Positions 20,035-28,721 of a stretch of DNA of 40,030 nucleotides are shown here, piece after piece. The number at the start of each line of letters is the position of its first letter. Position 1 is the first letter of the stretch. The position numbers and the translations under genes were made by a program. Source of the DNA: Candidatus Firestoneibacteriota bacterium (GTDB lineage: Bacteria > Oederibacteriota > D2-FULL-39-29 > JBDRBU01); assembly GCA_043822305.1 (NCBI GenBank), contig JBDRBU010000006.1, positions 1 to 40,030 of the forward strand, written 5' to 3'. The notes beneath the pieces are model-generated. The model had not been told where the DNA came from. It saw only the letters and a program-made list of their open reading frames with translations, and searched no databases.

Positions 20035-23000
20035 ATGCAGAATCAAACATTTCATAAAAAAGAAACTTATTTTTTACTAATTTGGGTCCTCGTTGGGTTA
20101 ATGGGACTGTTTATCTTTTCTATGTTTTACAAACATGCATTTCCACAAGCTGGACTTAAACTTAAAGTAACAGCAGCTCAAGCCCTAAATATTTCCAAAA
20201 ATTTCCTTAAAGAACAGGGGATAAATCTTAATGGTTATAGAAGCAATGTTATTTTTGATGTAGATAATTATTCTCTTATTTACCTTGAACGAGCAGTTGG
20301 TTTAGTAAAGACAAATGAACTTGTTAATAGTAAAGTGTTTATATGGTGGTGGCACTGTCGCTGGTTTAAACCATTGCAAAAGGAAGAGTTTGAAGTAGAT
20401 GTAGACCCTTCAGGAAAAATCAGATTTTTTAGACATAAAATAGAAGAGAAATCTAAAGGAGAGAATTTAGATAAAGAAACCGCTGGAAAAATAGCAGAAG
20501 ATTTTTTGAAAAAAAATAAATCATTGAATCTTTCTGAATATCGTCTAATTGAAGATACATTAACTAAACGACCGAATAGAACTGATTTTTATTTCGTGTG
20601 GGAAGATAAAGAATTTAAAGTTAAAGATGCTACCTATAGACATGAGGTAACAATATTAGGGGATAAAGTAGGAAGGTTTAATGAACATTTAAAAGTACCT
20701 GAAGAATGGATTCATAATTATGAAAAATATTCAGCTAAAGGTAGTTTGTTATCTAATATATTTTGGGTTTTTTATGTTGGTTTAAGTATTGCTCTTTTGA
20801 TTGTTTTTTTATTTAAAATTCGCGCTCGTCAGATTAATTGGAGATTCGGCATTTTTGCAGGAATTGCTCTGGCCATAGTTATTATTATTACTAATATTAA
20901 TTCTATTCCACTATACTGGTCCTCTTATTCTACAACTTCTGAAATAAGTAGTTTTATTTTTTCAATAATAATACAATCTCTAATAGGTGGAGCAACAGCA
21001 GGTCTCATCATTCTAATTATGGCTCCAACTTCTGATTCTTTATCACAAGAAATTTGGAAAGGACATCTGCCTCTTAATAAAATATTTACAAAATCAGGAC
21101 TTGTTTCAAAAGAGTTTATTAAATCTTCTGTGGTTGGTTATTCACTGGCTTTTATTTTTCTTGCATATATTGTAATTTTTTATTTACTTGGACAAAAGAT
21201 TGGAGTATGGGTTCCTCCTGATATTCCATATGATAATATACTCTCAACATATATTCCTTGGATTTATGCATTGCTTATTGGTTTATCTGCTTCTTTAAAT
21301 GAGGAACTCTTATTCCGACTTTTCAGTATACCATTTTTAAAAAAATATTTGAAGTTCACCTGGTTAGCAGTTATTATCCCTGCTATTATATGGGCTTTTT
21401 TACATTCTACTTATCCACAAAGACCTTTTTATATTAGAGGTGTTGAACTTTCTATAGCAGGAATTGTTTTTGGAGTTATATATATACGATATGGTATTTT
21501 AACAACAATCATAACACATTATGTTATAAATGCAACTCTTACAAGTATTCTATTTTTTCAATCATCAAATCTTTATTTTATTATATCTGGTTTTTTAGTA
21601 ATTGGGGTGATACTCATTCCAATTTTACCTGTTTTATTCTCAATTATTACAGGAAAGCGAAAAAAGATCATTGAAGAATATGAAAAATCAGAAGCATTAC
21701 AACAACCTCCTTTAAGTTCGGTAAATATTGATGAGAATATTAAAACAGAAGGACCAACTGTATTATCTCAGATTATCATTGCTAAATATGTTCCTATAAG
21801 TAAAAAGAGTTTAAGAATTCTAATTTTAATAAGTATTTTAAGTATCTGTGTATTTTTTATTATACCTTATAATAAACTTGGTGACTTTATTAATGTTGAA
21901 ATATCAAAGGCCAAAGCATTACAGACAGCAAATCAATATATAAACTCATTAAAAGTACCTCTTAAAGGTTTTGAAAGAAAAGTAATAAGTTTATCAGAAG
22001 AATTAAGTGGCAATAAGTCCCGTTATGTTCTTGAACAATTACCGGTTAAAGAAACTAATGAGTTTTTCAAAAAGGAATTTCCATGTGCTTTATGGACTGT
22101 CTGCTGGTTTAAACCACTTTCCAAAGAAGAATATTATGTAAATGTTGATACAAAAGGTAATGTTTATAGTTATGACCATATATTAGAAGAAGATAAAGAA
22201 GGAGAAAAATTATCGCAACTACAAGCAAGAAAAATAGCAGAAGAGATTTTAACAAAAAACAAGAATATTAAAATTGATAAATATAATTTAATGAATTCTT
22301 CTACTGAAAAAAGAAAAAACCGGAATGACCATTCGTTTACTTGGGAACTAAAAGATTTTAAGATTAAAGAGGCAACCTCTCGTATGAGCATTGAGGTAAA
22401 CGGAAATGAAATTGTTAATTATGATAAATATCTTAAACTACCCGAAGAATGGGTTCGTGAAAAAAGTAAGACAACTTTAATAGAAACGATACAGAGTTCT
22501 ATAATAACTATTATTATTTTAGGTACTGTAATATTATGTGTAGTCCTTTTTATTATAAAATTTGTTAAAAAAGATATTAAATGGAAATTTTCTTTCACCA
22601 TAGCAGGTATTCTTACAAGTTTGTTTGTAGTAGAAAAATTTAATGAACTACCTACTATTTACCTTAATTATATAAATACTGACAGTATTTTAAACTTCTA
22701 CATTCAGCAAGGTATTAGCTTTCTCATCACAACTTCTTTAATGTTTTTATATATAAGTATATTGGTTGCTTTATCTGAATCGTTGTACAGGGAACAATTT
22801 TCAGAACAAAGGACTCTTGATAACTGGTTTAATGAATTTCGTTTTTCTAAATTAAAATCAATAGAATGGTTTGATGCAGCGATGATATGTTTGATAATAC
22901 CAGTTTATGCTGTATGTGAACATTTGTTTCTCTGGGTTAAACAAATCTTTATAGATTCTTCAATTGAAAGGTCGGTTGATATTTCTACTAATTTTATTAA

Positions 23001-23442
23001 TACTTTCTCTCCTGCAATACATATATTAACACAGGGTTTATATTATGCAATTGGAACGATTTTCCTTCTCGCCTTAAGTATTTCATTACTAAAAAAGTAC
23101 ATTAAGAGAGTTGATTATATTCTTGTTTTACTTACTATTTTATTCACAGTTATTACTTGTGATACAACAAAATTGAATATATTCTTATGGGATTTTAGTA
23201 GAAATATTGTTGGAGTACTTTTTATTTATCTAATTATTGTAAAATATATAAAGCATAATTTATTAGCATATTTTTTACTTATGTTTATTGATATTTTAAT
23301 TGAGAGCAGTATTACCCTTATTTCTTATTATTCCTGCCTTGAATACCGCTTAAATGGTCTGATTATTTTATTAATAGTCGTAATACCTTTTTTGTATCTA
23401 ACTCTTCTAAACAAAAGATTAATTTTTAATTTGAGAGAATAA
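20035..23442 (+). CDS. 1135-aa membrane protein built from a tandem duplication of [TM + extracytoplasmic domain + CPBP (CAAX/Abi) intramembrane metalloprotease domain]
   Basis: Paralogous ecto-domains (WWWHCRWFKPLQKEEFEVDVDPSGK vs LWTVCWFKPLSKEEYYVNVDTKGN; LKVPEEWIH vs LKLPEEWVR). The first CPBP half has NEELLFR, FLHS and HYVIN motifs. The second half is degenerate (SESLYRE, CEH). Confidence 0.7.
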   Translation: MQNQTFHKKETYFLLIWVLVGLMGLFIFSMFYKHAFPQAGLKLKVTAAQALNISKNFLKEQGINLNGYRSNVIFDVDNYSLIYLERAVGLVKTNELVNSKVFIWWWHCRWFKPLQKEEFEVDVDPSGKIRFFRHKIEEKSKGENLDKETAGKIAEDFLKKNKSLNLSEYRLIEDTLTKRPNRTDFYFVWEDKEFKVKDATYRHEVTILGDKVGRFNEHLKVPEEWIHNYEKYSAKGSLLSNIFWVFYVGLSIALLIVFLFKIRARQINWRFGIFAGIALAIVIIITNINSIPLYWSSYSTTSEISSFIFSIIIQSLIGGATAGLIILIMAPTSDSLSQEIWKGHLPLNKIFTKSGLVSKEFIKSSVVGYSLAFIFLAYIVIFYLLGQKIGVWVPPDIPYDNILSTYIPWIYALLIGLSASLNEELLFRLFSIPFLKKYLKFTWLAVIIPAIIWAFLHSTYPQRPFYIRGVELSIAGIVFGVIYIRYGILTTIITHYVINATLTSILFFQSSNLYFIISGFLVIGVILIPILPVLFSIITGKRKKIIEEYEKSEALQQPPLSSVNIDENIKTEGPTVLSQIIIAKYVPISKKSLRILILISILSICVFFIIPYNKLGDFINVEISKAKALQTANQYINSLKVPLKGFERKVISLSEELSGNKSRYVLEQLPVKETNEFFKKEFPCALWTVCWFKPLSKEEYYVNVDTKGNVYSYDHILEEDKEGEKLSQLQARKIAEEILTKNKNIKIDKYNLMNSSTEKRKNRNDHSFTWELKDFKIKEATSRMSIEVNGNEIVNYDKYLKLPEEWVREKSKTTLIETIQSSIITIIILGTVILCVVLFIIKFVKKDIKWKFSFTIAGILTSLFVVEKFNELPTIYLNYINTDSILNFYIQQGISFLITTSLMFLYISILVALSESLYREQFSEQRTLDNWFNEFRFSKLKSIEWFDAAMICLIIPVYAVCEHLFLWVKQIFIDSSIERSVDISTNFINTFSPAIHILTQGLYYAIGTIFLLALSISLLKKYIKRVDYILVLLTILFTVITCDTTKLNIFLWDFSRNIVGVLFIYLIIVKYIKHNLLAYFLLMFIDILIESSITLISYYSCLEYRLNGLIILLIVVIPFLYLTLLNKRLIFNLRE

Positions 23443-23518
23443 TTTTATCTTTACCCGTAATATTATGATCTAATAAAATTATCTTTCAAAAATTTGTTTT
23501 ATGTGGTATAACATTCTT

Positions 23519-24022
23519 ATGTCAAATACACGAGTTGGCATAGGTTATGATATACACAGGTTGGTTAAAGGCAGAAAACTTATCTTAGGTGGAGTTCATA
23601 TTCCATTTCCTTTAGGTCTTGATGGTCATTCTGATGCGGATTGTTTAACTCATTCAATAATTGATGCATTACTTGGAGCAACAAACAAAGGTGATATTGG
23701 GAAAATATTTGGTATAGATAAGCCAGAAACAAAAGGGATTTCAAGTTTAATTTTATTAAAAAAAGTTTGGGATAATTTAAAAAAAGATTACAAGATAATA
23801 AACATAGATACGGTTATAGTAGCAGAAAAACCAAAACTCTCAGAATATCTGCCAAAAATGAAAGAAAATATTGCAAAGATTTTGAAAATAAAAAAATCTC
23901 AAATCAGTATAAAATCAACCACTTCAAAAGGATTAGGAGAAATTGGCAAATCAAAAGCAATCGCCTCTTTCACCGTTATAGGGACAGACACCATATTAAT
24001 TTTACACAAACAGCAGGTGTGA
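23519..24022 (+). CDS. ispF: 2-C-methyl-D-erythritol 2,4-cyclodiphosphate synthase
   Basis: MSNTRVGIGYDIHRLVKGRKLILGGVHIPFPLGLDGHSDADCLTHSIIDALLGA. The C-terminal ~12 aa (TDTILILHKQQV) are encoded by a copy of the GGGACAGACACCATATTAAT repeat. Confidence 0.9.
   Translation: MSNTRVGIGYDIHRLVKGRKLILGGVHIPFPLGLDGHSDADCLTHSIIDALLGATNKGDIGKIFGIDKPETKGISSLILLKKVWDNLKKDYKIINIDTVIVAEKPKLSEYLPKMKENIAKILKIKKSQISIKSTTSKGLGEIGKSKAIASFTVIGTDTILILHKQQV
23981..24000 (+). repeat. Dispersed short repeat, copy 2 (GGGACAGACACCATATTAAT), forming the 3' end of ispF
   Basis: Exact 20-nt match to 16372-16391, with similar flanks (ata-gggaca...taat-tt). Confidence 0.6.
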
Positions 24023-24108
24023 TACATTTTAATTTAGAAAAGTGGTTTATTCGCATAGAAGTAATAAAATACGACGATTTAATTTCTTAAAATAAAAAAT
24101 AGGGGGGT

Positions 24109-24339
24109 ATGATGACATTTTGTGAAAAATGGTTTAGTTTGGTTGTAATAGGTTTATTGGTGATGATACCTATAGGATGTGGGAAAAGTACAGATAACAA
24201 AGAAAAGGTAGTAACTGAAAATAAGATTGCAGATAATACCACGAGGATAGAGAGTGTAGATTTAAACAAAATAGACTCTGGTCTTTTATTGGAAATATTC
24301 AAAGGGGCTGGTTATGATATAGATGAGACTGCAAAATAA
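24109..24339 (+). CDS. Small secreted protein or possible lipoprotein of unknown function
   Basis: 76 aa. Hydrophobic signal sequence ending IPIGCGKS, with an imperfect lipobox. SD aggggggt lies upstream. Confidence 0.3.
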   Translation: MMTFCEKWFSLVVIGLLVMIPIGCGKSTDNKEKVVTENKIADNTTRIESVDLNKIDSGLLLEIFKGAGYDIDETAK

Positions 24340-24491
24340 GTGGTGATGTGATTTGTATAAAAAACGACACATTATAATAATGGGAAATATTTAAATCCAT
24401 TAGCCCAAGATATAAACAAGGACATATCCTATAATAAATAATAATAAGAAAACAAAAGCCTATCCCCTTTTTTTGAAAGAGATAAGAAGAT

Positions 24492-24935
24492 TTGAAAACA
24501 GTATATTCTTCAATACATTTACATGAAGTTTTACTTGCCAAGACAATTTTAGATAGTGTAGATATTAAATCAGTTATAGCTGAAGAAAATATTGCTGCAA
24601 TTGCTCCACATTTAATATTGGCTATAGGTGGAATAAGGTTAATGGTTGGCGATAATAACTATGATACTGCAAAACAAATATTAGATGAATGTTTTAAGAA
24701 TACATCTATGTCATTAGAAAGGGAAATGGTTCAACATCCTGTTAATATTTATAAATGTCCTAAATGTGATAGCGAGAACATAAGGATTTTAAAAACACAC
24801 TTGAAACTACCTTCATTAATAATTTCCTTATTATTGATGTACCCAATTCCCATAAGGAAGAAATGTTGTCAATGCAAAAACTGCGGAGAATATTGGGGAA
24901 TAAAGTTGACATGTTTTCCAGATTATGATAAGTAA
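24492..24935 (+). CDS. DUF2007-like domain protein with C-terminal Cys4 zinc ribbon
   Basis: The N-terminal ~70 aa fit DUF2007. C-terminus: CPKCDSEN...CCQCKNCGEYWG. TTG start. Inserted between ispF and gltX. Confidence 0.4.
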   Translation: MKTVYSSIHLHEVLLAKTILDSVDIKSVIAEENIAAIAPHLILAIGGIRLMVGDNNYDTAKQILDECFKNTSMSLEREMVQHPVNIYKCPKCDSENIRILKTHLKLPSLIISLLLMYPIPIRKKCCQCKNCGEYWGIKLTCFPDYDK

Positions 24936-25000
24936 GTTTGAGAGTAATTCTTATTGAAAAAACAAGATTAAAATGGCATAATTAAAAAGAAAAATAGGGG

Positions 25001-25023
25001 AAATAGGGTGTCTGTCCCTATTT
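25001..25023 (-). repeat. Dispersed short repeat, copy 3 in inverse orientation (the reverse complement contains GGGACAGACACCC), forming the hairpin aaataggg-tgtctgt-ccctattt 12 nt upstream of gltX
   Basis: Reverse complement is AAATAGGGACAGACACCCTATTT. Degenerate relatives lie upstream of recF (9744-9760) and the cNMP gene (32720-32738). Confidence 0.5.
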
Positions 25024-25034
25024 AGCGAGGGAAT

Positions 25035-26471
25035 ATGGAAGAAAAAATTCGGGTTAGATTTGCTCCATCACCAACTGGTTATATGCATATAGGAAATGCC
25101 AGGACAGCTTTATTTAATTTTTTGTTTGTAAGAAAACATAATGGTGCTTTTATTTTAAGGATCGAAGATACAGATGCAGAAAGGTCGACTAAAGAAGCAG
25201 TACAAACAATAATCAACTCATTAAATTGGCTTGGGTTAAATTGGGATGAAGGATATTTTGGTGAAGGGAAAGAAGCAGGAGATTATGGCCCATATACTCA
25301 GATGAAAAGGTTGGAAATATATAATAGGCATATAAATCAATTACTTAAAGAAAAAAAAGCATACTGTTGTTTTTGTACAGAAGAAGAAATAGAAGAAAAA
25401 AGAAAAATAGCTGTCCAAGAAGGTTTGGTTTATAAATACGATGGTGTATGCAAAAATTTAAAGAACGAAGAAATAGAAAGATATAAAAAAGAAAAAAAAT
25501 ATGTTGTCCGATTTAATGTTCCGGCTAGAATTATTGAATTTGAAGATTTAATAAGAGGTACTGTTCAATTTGATTCAAAAGAAATAGGAGATTTTGTTAT
25601 TGCCCGAGGAGATGGTGTTCCAATTTATAATTTTGCAGTGGTCATAGATGATGCTTTAATGAAAATTACTCATGTAATAAGGGGAGAAGATCATCTTTCA
25701 AATACACCAAGACAGGTTTTAATTTATAAAGCATTAAATTTTTCAATTCCAAAGTTTGCTCATCTTCCAATGATATTAGGTCCTGATAGGACCAAACTTT
25801 CTAAAAGACATGGTGAAACATCCTTGCTTAGTTATAAAGAAAAAGGATATTTACCTTCCGCGTTATTTAATTATTTAACCTTACTTGGCTGGTATCCAAG
25901 AGATGGTGTTGAAATAAAATCCAAAGAACAAATCATAAATGAATTTGATATAAAAGATGTTGGGCATAGCGGAGGAATATTTGATGAAAAAAAATTAATG
26001 TGGATGAACTCTGAATATATAAAAAAATTAAGCATAGGCGAGATATTAAATTTAGCCAATCCTTATATTGATAAATCAAAATTAGCAAAATCAGATGAAT
26101 GGTGGAAGATGGTTTTAGAGTCAGTAAGAACAAGTATAAATTATTTAAGCGAAATACCTTCTTTAATTAGTATTTATTTTGAGCCAGATAAGATAAAAGA
26201 AGAAGATTTAAAAATAATTAATACTGATAGTGCAAAGAATGTTTTGAAAGTGTTTAAGGAAATTTTACAAAATAATGAAATAACAAAAGATAATTTTAAG
26301 ATATTAATACAGGAAATTAGTAAAAAAACAGGAGCAAAGGGGAAGGACCTGTATATGCCAATCAGGATAGGTATTACTGGTAATAATCATGGACCAGAAT
26401 TAATGTTTGTTTTACCGATACTTGGCTCAAAAGAATGTATTAGAAGAATAGAAACTACTGTATTATTATGA
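25035..26471 (+). CDS. gltX: Glutamate--tRNA ligase
   Basis: HIGH motif PSPTGYMHIGNARTALFN, KMSKS motif KLSKRH, and the Cys-rich insert CCFCTEEE...CKNL. Confidence 0.95.
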   Translation: MEEKIRVRFAPSPTGYMHIGNARTALFNFLFVRKHNGAFILRIEDTDAERSTKEAVQTIINSLNWLGLNWDEGYFGEGKEAGDYGPYTQMKRLEIYNRHINQLLKEKKAYCCFCTEEEIEEKRKIAVQEGLVYKYDGVCKNLKNEEIERYKKEKKYVVRFNVPARIIEFEDLIRGTVQFDSKEIGDFVIARGDGVPIYNFAVVIDDALMKITHVIRGEDHLSNTPRQVLIYKALNFSIPKFAHLPMILGPDRTKLSKRHGETSLLSYKEKGYLPSALFNYLTLLGWYPRDGVEIKSKEQIINEFDIKDVGHSGGIFDEKKLMWMNSEYIKKLSIGEILNLANPYIDKSKLAKSDEWWKMVLESVRTSINYLSEIPSLISIYFEPDKIKEEDLKIINTDSAKNVLKVFKEILQNNEITKDNFKILIQEISKKTGAKGKDLYMPIRIGITGNNHGPELMFVLPILGSKECIRRIETTVLL

Positions 26472-27232
26472 CCATATTTCAATCAATCATACTTGGGATA
26501 ATTCAGGGGTTAACAGAATTTTTACCTGTTAGCAGTTCAGGCCATTTAGTTATAGCCCAGAGTTTAATAAAAGAATTTAAACAACCGGGAGTTTTGTTTG
26601 ATGTTACACTTCATCTGGGAACATTGATTGCTGTTATTATTTATTTTAAAGATAGGATAATAAAGATTTTAAAAGATATAAAACTTTTAAGTTTTATAAT
26701 CTTAGCCACTGTTCCTACGGGCATAATTGGAATTTTATTTAAGGATAGGTTTGAGGAAATGTTTTCAAATGTAAAATTAGTTGGTTTAATGTTGATGGTA
26801 ACAGCAGTAATTATCTTTATTGCTGACAGGGTTAAGTCGGATAGCAAAGATTTAAGTAAAGTAAACTGGTTAAACTCTGTTATTATAGGGATAGCTCAGG
26901 GGATTGCAATAATTCCAGGAATTTCCCGTAGTGGTTCTACAATTTCAGCAGGGATACTTTTAGGACTTGATAAAAAATTTGCGATGGAATTTTCTTTTCT
27001 AATTTCAATCCCAGCAATTTTAGGGGCAATGGTTCTTGAAGTTAAAGATTTAACAAGCGAAAAATTACAAAATATTAATTATTTTGTTTATATTGCCGGT
27101 TTTTTAATGGCAGCCATTGTTGGGTATCTATCTATTAAGCTACTTTTAAATCTTTTGCAAAAACAAAGATTATATATCTTTTCAATTTATTGTATTGTTT
27201 TAGGTCTAGTAATCTTAGGGACAGGATTATGA
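26468..27232 (+). CDS. uppP: Undecaprenyl-diphosphate phosphatase (BacA/UppP)
   Basis: IILGIIQGLTEFLPVSSSGHLVIAQ and PGISRSGSTISAGILLGL motifs. 8 TM helices. Confidence 0.92.
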   Translation: MTIFQSIILGIIQGLTEFLPVSSSGHLVIAQSLIKEFKQPGVLFDVTLHLGTLIAVIIYFKDRIIKILKDIKLLSFIILATVPTGIIGILFKDRFEEMFSNVKLVGLMLMVTAVIIFIADRVKSDSKDLSKVNWLNSVIIGIAQGIAIIPGISRSGSTISAGILLGLDKKFAMEFSFLISIPAILGAMVLEVKDLTSEKLQNINYFVYIAGFLMAAIVGYLSIKLLLNLLQKQRLYIFSIYCIVLGLVILGTGL

Positions 27233-27246
27233 TGGGAGTAAGTGTT

Positions 27247-27640
27247 TATAATTTTGGTTTAATACTAATTTTAAATGAACAAATTGCCCTTTTGCCGATA
27301 GTAAAATTATTTTTCAAAGATCTCGGATTGGTTGGTGGTACTGCTATTGCACTTCATATTGACTTTAGCGGCAATGAAAGCATATGCTTTGGGCCGAGGA
27401 GCCAAATGGAAAGATTATGTTGATATGTATTTCATAATAAAGAATTATTACTCAATCAAAAAAATAACAAAAAAAGCCAGAGAAATTTTCGGCTTAGAAT
27501 TCAACGAGAAATTATTTAGAACCCAACTTTCTTATTTTAAGGATATAGATTACACTGAGAAAATTATTTATTTAAAAGGGTATAAGTTTTCTAACAAAAT
27601 TATTAAAAAAGGATTGATTGATTTTAGTTTAGAAAGATAA
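27247..27640 (+). pseudogene. Degraded AbiEii/AbiGii-family nucleotidyltransferase (type IV TA toxin-like) remnant with a frameshift and internal deletion
   Basis: Frame 1 carries the N-terminal motif LGLVGGTAIALHIDFS (family consensus GGTAL.L.YG..R.S.DLDF). Frame 3 (27332-27640) carries the distal block AAMKAYALGRGAKWKDYVDMYFIIKNY (family consensus KL.AL..R...KDlYDl..L). The frames switch near 27365-27375. The total length is about half a full protein. Confidence 0.45.
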
Positions 27641-28620
27641 TGGATTTTAAAAAACGATTTTTACTGCTCATATTAGTGCTATTTGTTGTTTTCCTTACTG
27701 GTGTAATTGGCTATGAGATCATAGAATGCTGGAATTTTTTAGATTCTGCTTTTATGACGATTATCACCTTAGCCACAGTTGGATACGGTGAGACACATCC
27801 TCTTTCTAATGCAGGTAGAATTTTTACAATACTGCTTATAATGGGAGGGATGGGAGTAGTTTCATATACTGTTATAACAGTAACTACTTTAATTGCTGAA
27901 GGGGAATTACAAAGATTTTTAAGGAGGGGAAGAATGGATAAAGAGATATCTAAATTAGACCATCATTATATAATATGTGGTGTAGGTGAAACAGGTAAAC
28001 ATATTATTCAGGAATTGATTCATACAAAAAGGGAGTTCGTTGCAATTGATAATAATATAAAGAAGATAGACGAGAAAAATATTTTATATATTGAAGGAGA
28101 TGCTTCGTCTGATACAGTATTAATTAATGCTGGGATAGAAAGAGCAAAAGGGATATTTTGTACATTACCAATGGATAAAGATAACCTATTTGTTGTTCTT
28201 ACCGCAAGAGAGCTAAATGAAAATATTAGAATTGTAACAAAATGCATAGAAGATGAGTCAGAGCAAAAATTCTTAAGAGCAGGTGCTAATAAGACAATTT
28301 CCCCAACTTACATAGGAGGGTTAAGAATGGCTTCAGAGATGATTAGACCTACTGTTGCATCTTTTCTTGATGTTATGCTTAGAGATAAAAAAGGAGTAAG
28401 ATTTGAAGAGGTGGCCATAAGCCAAATCTCTAAATTGGTTAATAAAACTATTGCAGAAATAGAGATATTAGAAAAAACAGGCGTTATAGTTGTTGCTATA
28501 AAAAACAATAAAGGAGAATATCTTTATAATCCACGAGGAAATACAAAAATCAATGTAAAAGATACTTTAATAATTTTAGGGGATGTAGAACAAATACGAA
28601 ATTTAATAAGTTTAGTTTAA
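27640..28620 (+). CDS. Two-TM potassium channel with cytoplasmic RCK (TrkA-N/TrkA-C) gating domain (MthK/Kch-like)
   Basis: Pore/selectivity filter TLATVGYGE. Rossmann motif YIICGVGETGKHIIQEL. C-terminal TrkA-C. The ATG overlaps the upstream frame-3 ORF stop as TAATG. Confidence 0.85.
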   Translation: MDFKKRFLLLILVLFVVFLTGVIGYEIIECWNFLDSAFMTIITLATVGYGETHPLSNAGRIFTILLIMGGMGVVSYTVITVTTLIAEGELQRFLRRGRMDKEISKLDHHYIICGVGETGKHIIQELIHTKREFVAIDNNIKKIDEKNILYIEGDASSDTVLINAGIERAKGIFCTLPMDKDNLFVVLTARELNENIRIVTKCIEDESEQKFLRAGANKTISPTYIGGLRMASEMIRPTVASFLDVMLRDKKGVRFEEVAISQISKLVNKTIAEIEILEKTGVIVVAIKNNKGEYLYNPRGNTKINVKDTLIILGDVEQIRNLISLV

Positions 28621-28721
28621 ATGATACATAATAAAAATAACGTAGTAATTGCAAATTGGGTAAGATTTGTGGTAAAATAGGTGTAATTAAAATCAGATAG
28701 AAAATCTAAAAGGAGGGAAAG

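Noticed and set aside
27190-27423. 77-aa ORF MYCFRSSNLRDRIMMGV... as a stand-alone gene
   Set aside because: It overlaps the uppP 3' end. Its only recognisable content is the AbiEii N-terminal motif, which is continued in another frame. I treat it as part of a pseudogene.
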